From an uncultured Acidobacteriota bacterium (lineage in GTDB: Bacteria > Acidobacteriota > Polarisedimenticolia > JACPZX01): 64,000 nucleotides of DNA. This document shows, piece by piece, positions 11,526 to 19,329 of this stretch. The stretch lies in NCBI GenBank assembly GCA_964400605.1, contig CAYNUH010000011.1, forward strand, positions 1,983 through 65,982, written 5' to 3'. Made by a program: the position numbers and the translations under genes. The first letter of the stretch is position 1. Each line of letters begins with the position of its first letter. The notes below the pieces were generated by a model. That model was not told the DNA's origin and ran no database searches. It was given only the letters and a program-made list of their open reading frames with translations.

Positions 11526-12758
11526 TCAGATTTTCCTGATGACCACGACGCTCATGTCGTCGGCCTGGGGCGCGCCGGCGCCGAACTCGTCCGCCGCGGC
11601 GAAGATCGCACCCACGATCTCCCGCGCGCCCGCCCCGTCCAGGCGCCGGAGGAGGTTCCGCAGGCGCGGAAGGCCGAACTGCTTCCCCGCGGGGTTCTCC
11701 CGCTCGGTCACGCCGTCGGTGTACATGACGATCATGTCGCCGGCGGCGAGCCGCACGTAGCCGCGCTCGTATCGGGCATCGGGGTTGGGCCCCAGCACAA
11801 GTCCGCCCTGCGTGAGCTCGTCGAAGGAGTGAGATCGCCGCAGCAGCGGCGGGTTGTGGCCCGCGTTGCAGTACAGGAAGTTCCCGTTGGGCTCCAGCTC
11901 TCCGTAGAACAGCGAGATGAACCGGCTCGAGAGCGCCGAGCGGTGGATGACGCGGTTCAGCCTCCCCACGGCCGTGATAATCTTGAGGTCTTCCGCCATG
12001 CCGATGCGGAGTCCCGTGATGACGTCCCTGGCCAGGAGCGCCGCGGGCAGTCCGTGCCCGGAGGCGTCGGCGATGGCGACGCCGAGGAGCTGGTCGGACA
12101 GGTGGAGGTAGTCGAAGAGATCGCCGCCCACCAGCGCCGCTGGGCGGGAACGCCCGTCGATGTCGTAGCCCGCGAAGACGGGGGGCGATGAGGGCAGGAG
12201 CCGCTCCTGGATGGCGCGCGCCTCGACGAGGACGTCCGTGTGCTCCTGCTGCCGGAGCTTGAGGTTGATGACGTGCCGCACGGCCGTGAGGGAGTAGAGG
12301 ACGTGCTCCACCTGGATCTTCCCCTTGATGGTGAAGGACATCACGTGGCGGTCCTCCTCGCCGACCGCGATGGCGGCGAACTTCGACACGCCGATGGCGC
12401 CCTCGATCCTCTCGTCGAGACCGGGATCGCTCTCGCGCATGATGATCAGACCCTCCTCGAGAACCCTTCGCATGGCGGCGTATTCCGCCGGGATGCGGAA
12501 GCCCAGAGGGGCCTTCTTGGATCGGCCGTACCGGCAGCGGAGGACGAAGTCGTTCCCTTCGCGCTCGTAGAGGCGACCGCCCGCGAAGCCGAGGTCTTCC
12601 TTGAAGTCCTTCACCAGCAGTCTGAGGATGGCCGAGAGGACCTCGGAGAGGTTTTCGAGCCGCTCGATGCTGTCGAGGGTCCTCTCCAGCTTGCGGTAGA
12701 GGGCCTTGAAGTCGGGGCCGCCGCGCACGGGCGCCTTGCCCGGTTGGATGGTGTTCAC
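11526..12758 (-). CDS. PP2C/SpoIIE-family protein phosphatase with N-terminal GAF-like sensor
   Basis: VGGDLFD, IADASGHG, NAGHNPP, YTDGVTE, DDMS motifs. Confidence 0.92.
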   Translation of the reverse strand: MNTIQPGKAPVRGGPDFKALYRKLERTLDSIERLENLSEVLSAILRLLVKDFKEDLGFAGGRLYEREGNDFVLRCRYGRSKKAPLGFRIPAEYAAMRRVLEEGLIIMRESDPGLDERIEGAIGVSKFAAIAVGEEDRHVMSFTIKGKIQVEHVLYSLTAVRHVINLKLRQQEHTDVLVEARAIQERLLPSSPPVFAGYDIDGRSRPAALVGGDLFDYLHLSDQLLGVAIADASGHGLPAALLARDVITGLRIGMAEDLKIITAVGRLNRVIHRSALSSRFISLFYGELEPNGNFLYCNAGHNPPLLRRSHSFDELTQGGLVLGPNPDARYERGYVRLAAGDMIVMYTDGVTERENPAGKQFGLPRLRNLLRRLDGAGAREIVGAIFAAADEFGAGAPQADDMSVVVIRKI

Positions 12759-12944
12759 GCCGTCACCTGTGGGCTGGCCGCCGGGTGTGAGGTCACCGGC
12801 GGCTGGGAGAGGAGCAGACAGTATCACGGCGCTCGGCAGACGGTCAAACGTAGCGGAGGAGGATGCTAAGATGCGAGAGGGGGCGGGGAACCGGCGCCGG
12901 TCCGGAAACGTAGCAACCCCGACGGCCCTGGAGATGAGACCGGA

Positions 12945-13970
12945 ATGAGAGCCCGGATTGCGATCGCGGCGGTCGCGGCGCTGGCGCCTTCGCTCCTTGC
13001 CTGCGGCCCGGCCTCCCGCCTCCCCGAGGGGGCCGCCTACCTCCCTCCCGACTCCCGGTTCGTACTCTCTTTGGACATCCCCACCCTGGCCTCGACGGAT
13101 CTGTACCGAACCCTGATGGAATCGGGCGGCGCGGTGGGCGTCAACAGGACCAACCTTCTCAAGTTCGCCCAGGCCGCGGGACTCGACTGGACCCGCGACG
13201 TGAAGTGGCTCACCTTCGTCGGCCGGGGCGAGCGCGACGACGGGATCTCCGTCGATCAGCTGTCGGCGGTGGCTTCCGGCACCTTCGATGGGCGGAGGGT
13301 CCATCAGTCCCTCAAGGACAGTGGGCTTCCGGCGGAGCGGCACGTCGGTGTGGACATCTTCCCCGTGGTCATCGTGGAGGGCCGGTGCCGGTTCTGCATC
13401 AGCGTGCTCGACGACGCCACGGCCGCGTTCGGCGACGGCGAAACCCTTCGCTCGCTGGCCGAGGTGCGCGGGTCGCCTCAGGCGTCGCTGGCGCGCGACG
13501 CCGGCGCGCGGAGGCTCCTCGCGCGCATCGACAGACGGGCCGCCGCCTGGGGTCTCGTGCGGGGCCGGGACCTCTCCGCGGCCCTCGCCGCCATGCTGGC
13601 GAGGCTCCAGCAGGGGTCGGGTGGCGCGCCGCCGCCGGCGCCGGTCACCGATCTATCCTTCTTCGTGACGCCGGGAGAGAAGATCACCGTCGCCGTGGAC
13701 GCGCTGACGGGAAGCCCGGAGGACGCTCTTCTGGTTGCCGACGTCCTGGAGGGGGCCGGAGCGCTCGGCAGGCTCGCGCTCAGGCAGGCCCGTCCTGAGG
13801 CCTCCGGGCTGCTTTCCTCGTTCCGCGTCGAAGTGGACGGGAGGCTCGTCCGCGCTTCCGCCTCGGTGCCGCAGGCGCGGCTCGTGGAGCTCGCGCGGAG
13901 CGCCGCCGCGGGATTCTTCGGGGAGGGAGGCGCCGCCTTCACCGGCGGCGCAGCGGCAGTAGCTCCTTGA
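12945..13970 (+). CDS. Hypothetical lipoprotein
   Basis: Lipobox LLAC-G; YLPPDSRFVLSLD N-terminal motif. Confidence 0.65.
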   Translation: MRARIAIAAVAALAPSLLACGPASRLPEGAAYLPPDSRFVLSLDIPTLASTDLYRTLMESGGAVGVNRTNLLKFAQAAGLDWTRDVKWLTFVGRGERDDGISVDQLSAVASGTFDGRRVHQSLKDSGLPAERHVGVDIFPVVIVEGRCRFCISVLDDATAAFGDGETLRSLAEVRGSPQASLARDAGARRLLARIDRRAAAWGLVRGRDLSAALAAMLARLQQGSGGAPPPAPVTDLSFFVTPGEKITVAVDALTGSPEDALLVADVLEGAGALGRLALRQARPEASGLLSSFRVEVDGRLVRASASVPQARLVELARSAAAGFFGEGGAAFTGGAAAVAP

Positions 13971-14181
13971 CCTCCTCGACCGCCTTGATCAGGCGGGCCG
14001 CCTCCTCCGATACGATTGTGAGCCCGCGGTAGTTCGGATCGTCGGAGCCCATGCCGTCGAGAAGGAGATGGGCTCGGGCCACGATGATGGTGAGGGGCTG
14101 GCTCATGTCGTGGAGGGTCTTCCGCGCCTTCTCCACCGCGGCGCGTATCGCATCCAGCTCGGCGCGCTCGGGATCGGTCAT
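13939..14181 (-). CDS. Stand-alone HisKA/DHp-like helical hairpin protein (80 aa)
   Basis: H-box-like LHDMSQPLTII; ATGA overlap with upstream deaminase stop; no ATPase domain. Confidence 0.65.
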   Translation of the reverse strand: MTDPERAELDAIRAAVEKARKTLHDMSQPLTIIVARAHLLLDGMGSDDPNYRGLTIVSEEAARLIKAVEEVKELLPLRRR

Positions 14182-14618
14182 GCGCCCGCTCTCCCGGTGA
14201 GGTCGACCAGCTCGATGCCGATGCGGCCGGCCACCTTGAGCGAGCGCTCGTCGCGGTAGAACTCGCCGTAGTAGATGCGGCGGATGCCGGCGTTCGCGAT
14301 GAGCTTGAAGCAGTTCCAGCACGGGCTCGCCGTCGTGTACATCTCGGCGCCGCTGATGTTCACCCCGTTGCGGGCCGCCTGGATGATGGCGTTCGCCTCG
14401 GCGTGGATGGTGGCCACGCAATGGCCGGACTCCATCTCGTGGCCGACCTCGTCGCAGTGGGGCATCCCGCGGATGGAGCCGTTATAGCCGGTCGAGAGAA
14501 TTGTCTTCTCGCGCACGATGACGGCGCCCACGTGTTTGCGGTCGCAGGTGGAGCGCGTGGACGCCTGCCGCGCCATGTTCATGAAGTAGGTGTGCCAGTC
14601 CACACGCTCTTGGTTCAC
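14178..14618 (-). CDS. Deoxycytidylate (dCMP) deaminase family protein
   Basis: RSTCDRKHVGAVIV, GYNG, HAEANAI, PCWNC zinc-deaminase motifs. Confidence 0.93.
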   Translation of the reverse strand: MNQERVDWHTYFMNMARQASTRSTCDRKHVGAVIVREKTILSTGYNGSIRGMPHCDEVGHEMESGHCVATIHAEANAIIQAARNGVNISGAEMYTTASPCWNCFKLIANAGIRRIYYGEFYRDERSLKVAGRIGIELVDLTGRAGA

Positions 14619-14652
14619 GGGCGCGGATTCTATCAGGCCGCACCCGGGGAAG

Positions 14653-15168
14653 TCACGGGCCGGATTCACGCCGGGGCCCGATGCGGAGGCCGGTCACCGT
14701 AGCCCCCGTGCGCGGCGAGGCGGCGTCTCCCTCCCTGGACGCGGCCGTCGTGGCCGGGACGACCAGCAGGTGGGCGCCGTAGAGGAGCAGGAGGAGCACG
14801 CCGAAGCCCAGGTGCGTCCACGCCGCGGCCGCGCGCCATCCTTCCGCGGTGATCACCTGGAGGAGGTAGCCGGTCAGGATGGAGGGCAGGAGGACGGCGA
14901 GGAACAGGACGCCGGAGCGACGGGCCGGCCGGGGAGATCCATTGCGGTACTTCCCGATGACGTGGTCCTTGAAGATTGCGCCGACGGCGAAGACGAGGAC
15001 GGGCGCCGCCAGCACGTGCAGGTGCAGCGCCCAGGGCTGCAGCGGGTGGTTCACCGCACTGAAAGGATCTTCGTGGGTCATCAAGTGCTTGAAGGCCGCG
15101 TAGGCGAGCCCCGTGACGCCCACGACGGCGGTCGCGCCGTTCACCAAGGTACGGTCGAGACGCGTCAA
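14653..15168 (-). CDS. Four-TM His-rich membrane protein, putative cytochrome b-like
   Basis: TTG start overlapping upstream stop; four hydrophobic helices with His in WALHLH, FKDH, AWTH, YGAH. Confidence 0.6.
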   Translation of the reverse strand: MTRLDRTLVNGATAVVGVTGLAYAAFKHLMTHEDPFSAVNHPLQPWALHLHVLAAPVLVFAVGAIFKDHVIGKYRNGSPRPARRSGVLFLAVLLPSILTGYLLQVITAEGWRAAAAWTHLGFGVLLLLLYGAHLLVVPATTAASREGDAASPRTGATVTGLRIGPRRESGP

Positions 15169-15758
15169 GGTCTCGTCTCCGCCGCCGGCGCCGCGATCAC
15201 GGCGTGGGTCGCGAGGACGCGGCGGACCGCGTCGGTGATCGCCCGCGACGAGAGCGTGGCCCCGGTCACCGCCCGGATGCCGCGCTTGGTGGAGAGATCG
15301 TCGTCGAGCCGCCGCTCCGGGAACTGATCGAGCCAGCGACGGTGGGGGAGGTAGTCCTCCGGCTCCTCGAAGGAGAGGATGTCCACGCGGGCGACCCTGC
15401 CGTCGGGACTCACGACCACCATGATGGATTCCGGGAGGGTTCTCACGAGGTGCGTGTCGAAGTAGGCGGTGGTGGGACGGTTCGGATCGCTCCCGCCGAC
15501 GTAGTACACCACCACGCGGCTCTGCGGCGCCGTCCCCGCCGAGGATCGGACCCGCTCCGCCTGCTCGTCGGTGAGGTAGGCGGTGCACCGCTCGGGCCGG
15601 CCCTGCGCCGCGAAGGCGAGCGACAGGGCCTCCTCCTGGCTGAGGAACACCTTGGCCAGGGCCGCGGGGATGTGCGCCGCGGAGACAAGGACGGAGGCGG
15701 CCGCGGCCGCGATGAGCCTCCGCGCCGAGCGCGGGGAGGCCTGCGGTCGCGGCGCCAT
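15165..15758 (-). CDS. Exported FMN-binding protein (flavinylation substrate)
   Basis: Signal peptide; IRAVTGATLSSRA matches the [S/T]GA[S/T] flavinylation motif. Confidence 0.85.
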   Translation of the reverse strand: MAPRPQASPRSARRLIAAAAASVLVSAAHIPAALAKVFLSQEEALSLAFAAQGRPERCTAYLTDEQAERVRSSAGTAPQSRVVVYYVGGSDPNRPTTAYFDTHLVRTLPESIMVVVSPDGRVARVDILSFEEPEDYLPHRRWLDQFPERRLDDDLSTKRGIRAVTGATLSSRAITDAVRRVLATHAVIAAPAAETRP

Positions 15759-15786
15759 CGATCCCGCGATCCCGGACGGCGCCGGC

Positions 15787-17274
15787 CTAGAAGAGGTAGC
15801 CCAGCGCCAGGGAGATTTGATCCACACCGGTGCGCACCTCGTTCTTGTAGTCCTGGTAGTCGATCTTGATCCCGACGTTGGAGATGGGCTTGTAGACGAC
15901 GCCGTAGGTCCAGACCCTCACGTCGTTGCCTTTGTCGGCCGCGAAGGGGGCCGGCGTGACGTTCGGATCCTGCGCCTGAGGCGCCTCGTCCGGGACCTCG
16001 TCCTGGGTGTTGAATGCCTCGCACCTCACGAATGGCATCACCACCTGGGCGGATCGACGGCGCGAGAGGAGATCGTAGCCCGCTTGGAGGTACCATCCCT
16101 CGAAGCGCTCGCCGACGGAGGCCGCGCCGTCGAGACCGTTGGCGTCGTTGACCTGCTTGGCGTCGTCGAGGTGGCCCAGGGCGTAGAGCGCGCGCAGGTC
16201 GAGGCCCCGCCCGCGGTAGCCCGCGTGCAGATCGTAGAGCCGCACCGTGGCGTCGAAGGGGGCCGTGGGCGGGGTCACGGGGTTTCCGTTGGGATCCACC
16301 GAGAAGCCGACGGGGGCGCGGGCGCCCTGGGAGGAATCGCCCTGGTAGGCGAAGGCCCCCACCAGCAACCCGGGCACGCCGGTGTAGTCCAGCCGGGCGG
16401 CCACGGCGAAATTCTCGGCCGTCGCCTCCGCGCCTCCCTGGCGTCCGTCCCTCAGTGCCTCCTCCCCGGTGAAGCCGGCGCTCTTGAAGCCGGTGAGCAG
16501 GTAGGCCCTGTAGCTCAGAGGGCCGGCGCCGCCGAAGACGCCCACGCCGTTCTCGTTCCACGTGGCCGGGATGACGCGGCGCTCGACCTCGGGCCGCCGC
16601 GCTCCGAGGAAGATGGGCGGCTCGTGCATCTCGTTGATGAAGCCCGCCGGCACCAGCACCATGCCGGCGCGGATCGACGCTCGCGGGCTGAGGAGGAAGT
16701 CGAGGTACGCGAACTCGACGGACACCGCGCCTCCTCTCTCGGTGGAGCCGTGCTCGAACTCGATCTCGGAGTTGAAGACGATGCGGTCGCTGAACTTGTA
16801 GCCTGCGTAGAGGACGCCCCGCAGGAAGTCGAACCGGTCGAGTTTCCCCGAGGGAGCGTTCCCGTCGTCGGTCGCTGAGAAATTCTCGTAGAGCGCCTCG
16901 CCGTACCCGCCCAGCGAGACTCCTCTGGCAGCGCCGTAGACGCGTGACGCCGCCGGTCCGAGGCCGTGGACGGGCTCGAGCGGTTTCTCCGAGGCCGCCT
17001 GACCCAGACGCATCTTCTCCAGCTCGGCGGCGAGAATGTCGAGACGCCGCTGCAGCTCGGCCGCGTCCGCCGCACCCGGTGCGCCCTTCTGCGCCTGCAG
17101 GGCCCGGATCGCAGCCTCCATCGCGGCGATCCTCGACTCGAGATCCTGGACTTTCCGTTGCAGCTCCGCGGACTCCTCGGCGCGTGCGGCGGCCTCCGGC
17201 GCTAGGCAGGCCGCCGCCAGCACCAGGGCGGCGCCCACCACCCTTCTCGATCGCGTCAACGTGTGCGTGCTCAA
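15787..17274 (-). CDS. Outer-membrane porin (OprO/P-like) with N-terminal coiled coil
   Basis: TTG after GGAGG; signal peptide; coiled coil; GGYGE, FNSEIEFEH, VEFAYLDF motifs; C-terminal LGYLF beta-signal. Confidence 0.8.
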   Translation of the reverse strand: MSTHTLTRSRRVVGAALVLAAACLAPEAAARAEESAELQRKVQDLESRIAAMEAAIRALQAQKGAPGAADAAELQRRLDILAAELEKMRLGQAASEKPLEPVHGLGPAASRVYGAARGVSLGGYGEALYENFSATDDGNAPSGKLDRFDFLRGVLYAGYKFSDRIVFNSEIEFEHGSTERGGAVSVEFAYLDFLLSPRASIRAGMVLVPAGFINEMHEPPIFLGARRPEVERRVIPATWNENGVGVFGGAGPLSYRAYLLTGFKSAGFTGEEALRDGRQGGAEATAENFAVAARLDYTGVPGLLVGAFAYQGDSSQGARAPVGFSVDPNGNPVTPPTAPFDATVRLYDLHAGYRGRGLDLRALYALGHLDDAKQVNDANGLDGAASVGERFEGWYLQAGYDLLSRRRSAQVVMPFVRCEAFNTQDEVPDEAPQAQDPNVTPAPFAADKGNDVRVWTYGVVYKPISNVGIKIDYQDYKNEVRTGVDQISLALGYLF

Positions 17275-17288
17275 GTCGATCCTCCGAT

Positions 17289-18326
17289 TTATCGCGGTTC
17301 CAGCGCCGGGGATGCGGGCGCTCCGCCGGCGCATTGTTTGATGAAGTACCTTCCGAACCCGGGAGTCGGATGGGCGCGAAGGACTCCACTCTCCTCCACG
17401 GTGTAGAGTGCCTTGACGCCTGCCCTTTCGGCGAGGGCCGGCCCCTCGCCCGGGCCGAGCACAAAAAGCGCCGTCGAGAGCGCGTCCGCGAGGGTGGCCG
17501 TCGGCGCGACGACCGTGACGCTCACGACGCCGCGCGCCGGTTCTCCCGTGCGTGGGTCGAAAATGTGACCCAGCGGCTTCCCCTCCGGCGTCCGCCCCCG
17601 CTCGTCGTTGGCCGAGGTGGCGGCCGACGCGTCGCGCAGCCGGATCTCCAGCCGGCTCGGGATCGATCGGCCCGAAGAAGCCACCTCCACGGGGAAGCCG
17701 CAGCCATCGGGGCCGGCCCCCACTGCGAGGACCTGCCCGCCGAAGTCGAGAAGCGCCCACTCGACGCCGCCTGCCCTCAGGATCGCGGCCGCCGCGTCGA
17801 GGGCGAACCCCTTGCCCATCGCCCCGGGATCCAGCCGCATCCCCTGCGAGAGGAACCGCGCGGTCCGTGTGGATGGATCGATCTCGAGACGTCTGTAACC
17901 GGTCCGCCCCAGCGCCGCGGCCACCTCTCCCGCCGGCGGCCATCTCCCCGCGCCGCGCACATCGTAGAGGTCCACGAGGGCGCCGACCGTGGGATCGAAG
18001 CTGCCGGAGGTCGAGGCGGCCAGAGAGGCGCCCTCGGCCAGGAAGGCGAAGAGCTCCGGCGAGCAGGCGAACGGTCCCGATGCGGCCGAGGCGTTGAGGC
18101 GGGAGAGCTCGCTTTCGGGGTCGTAGTCGCTGAGGATGGCCTCCCACCTTGCGATCTCCGCGAACGCCTCCTCCGCGAGGGCCGCGGCCCGGCCGGGCTC
18201 GGGGTGGGCGGCGGCGATGCGGCACACGGTGCCCATGAGGTAGCGCGCCCTGTCCGTCACTGCGGGCTGCGCCACCACCGCGGCCGCCAGAGCGGCGTGG
18301 ATCGCGAATCCCAGCATTTGGATCAT
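17289..18326 (-). CDS. apbE: FAD:protein FMN transferase
   Basis: MGT, SELSRLN, FDPTVGAL, LDPGAMGKGFALD, HIFDPRTG, ADALSTALFVLG motifs. Confidence 0.95.
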   Translation of the reverse strand: MIQMLGFAIHAALAAAVVAQPAVTDRARYLMGTVCRIAAAHPEPGRAAALAEEAFAEIARWEAILSDYDPESELSRLNASAASGPFACSPELFAFLAEGASLAASTSGSFDPTVGALVDLYDVRGAGRWPPAGEVAAALGRTGYRRLEIDPSTRTARFLSQGMRLDPGAMGKGFALDAAAAILRAGGVEWALLDFGGQVLAVGAGPDGCGFPVEVASSGRSIPSRLEIRLRDASAATSANDERGRTPEGKPLGHIFDPRTGEPARGVVSVTVVAPTATLADALSTALFVLGPGEGPALAERAGVKALYTVEESGVLRAHPTPGFGRYFIKQCAGGAPASPALEPR

Positions 18327-18382
18327 CGGCGTTCCGGACCTCCAAGGCGGCGTCCCCCCTGGGGCGCCGGGAGCTCTTCGCG

Positions 18383-19060
18383 TCAGCGGCGCTTGTCTTC
18401 CCCGGACGGGCGGCGGACGTAGATCTCGGCGGCTATCTCCCGATCGAGCGCGACCGTCGTCTGTCCCACCTCGAGGACCACCGAGGGACGCTTTCGCCTC
18501 AGCCGCACCTCCGCCCCCGGGATGAGCCCGAGGGTGGCGACGCGGTCGAGGCTTCCGCGGCTCTGCGGCGTCATGAAGACGATGCGCGCCGACTCCCCCA
18601 CGCCCAGATCCATCAGCCGGACGACGAGAGGGGAGACCTCGCGGCGGAAGACCTCGCAGCATCGCCCTTTCGGGATCGGCTTGCCGTGAGGGCAGTGCGG
18701 CGGGTGGCCCAGGAACGTGCAGACGGAATCGGTGACCTCCCCGGAGAGAATGGGTGCCATCTCGCAGGCGGTCGAGTCAGAGACCTCCTCCCCCAGGGCG
18801 AGGACCTGCGAAAAGAGCGTCTCCGCGAGGCGGTGCCGGCGCACGATCGCGCCGGCGATCTCCCTGCCGGCGGGGGTCAGCTCCACGCGATCGGCGTCGC
18901 GGACGACCAACCCGGATCGCTCCATCGTGTCGAGCGCCGCCAGCGGCTGCGCCAGCTTCGAGCCTCCGGTGATGCGCTCGTAGCGGTTCTCGCCGATCTC
19001 CGTGAGCGACCAGATCTCCTCGGCCAGCTCCTCCACGAACTCGCGCTCCGGCGGGATCAC
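18383..19060 (-). CDS. DtxR/MntR-family metal-dependent regulator with C-terminal FeoA domain
   Basis: LTPAGREIAGAIVRRHRLAE, LGHPPHCPHGKPIP; SH3-like FeoA tail (LGLIPGAEVRL). Confidence 0.88.
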   Translation of the reverse strand: MIPPEREFVEELAEEIWSLTEIGENRYERITGGSKLAQPLAALDTMERSGLVVRDADRVELTPAGREIAGAIVRRHRLAETLFSQVLALGEEVSDSTACEMAPILSGEVTDSVCTFLGHPPHCPHGKPIPKGRCCEVFRREVSPLVVRLMDLGVGESARIVFMTPQSRGSLDRVATLGLIPGAEVRLRRKRPSVVLEVGQTTVALDREIAAEIYVRRPSGEDKRR

Positions 19061-19329
19061 CGGCGCCTCCTCGCTTTGTCCGGCGCGGAGAAGAGGGTCG
19101 CGATCTTTCCGGCAATCCGACGGAAGGCCGCGACCGTATATGATCGATCCACAAACTCGTAGCCGCATCGCGGACAGCAGATCGCCCCGCAGGCCTGGCT
19201 CATGGGGCAGCCTCCGCAGTGAACGGCCCCCTCCCCAAAGTGGTTGCCGCACAGGGGACAGGTGTGCTCGTGACGGGTCCCTTCCTGCGACGGAGACGCG
19301 GGCTCGGATGCGGCGCCGCTCGATCTCAC
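19057..19329 (-). CDS. Small Cys-rich protein (putative Fe-S/Zn binding)
   Basis: GTGA overlaps with the feoB stop and the dtxR start; CPLC...CGGC...C...CCPRC. Confidence 0.75.
   Translation of the reverse strand: MRSSGAASEPASPSQEGTRHEHTCPLCGNHFGEGAVHCGGCPMSQACGAICCPRCGYEFVDRSYTVAAFRRIAGKIATLFSAPDKARRRR

Noticed and set aside
14178-14618. Deaminase as a nucleotide-depletion defence gene
   Set aside because: Short housekeeping-type enzyme without a fused kinase domain or defence-island context
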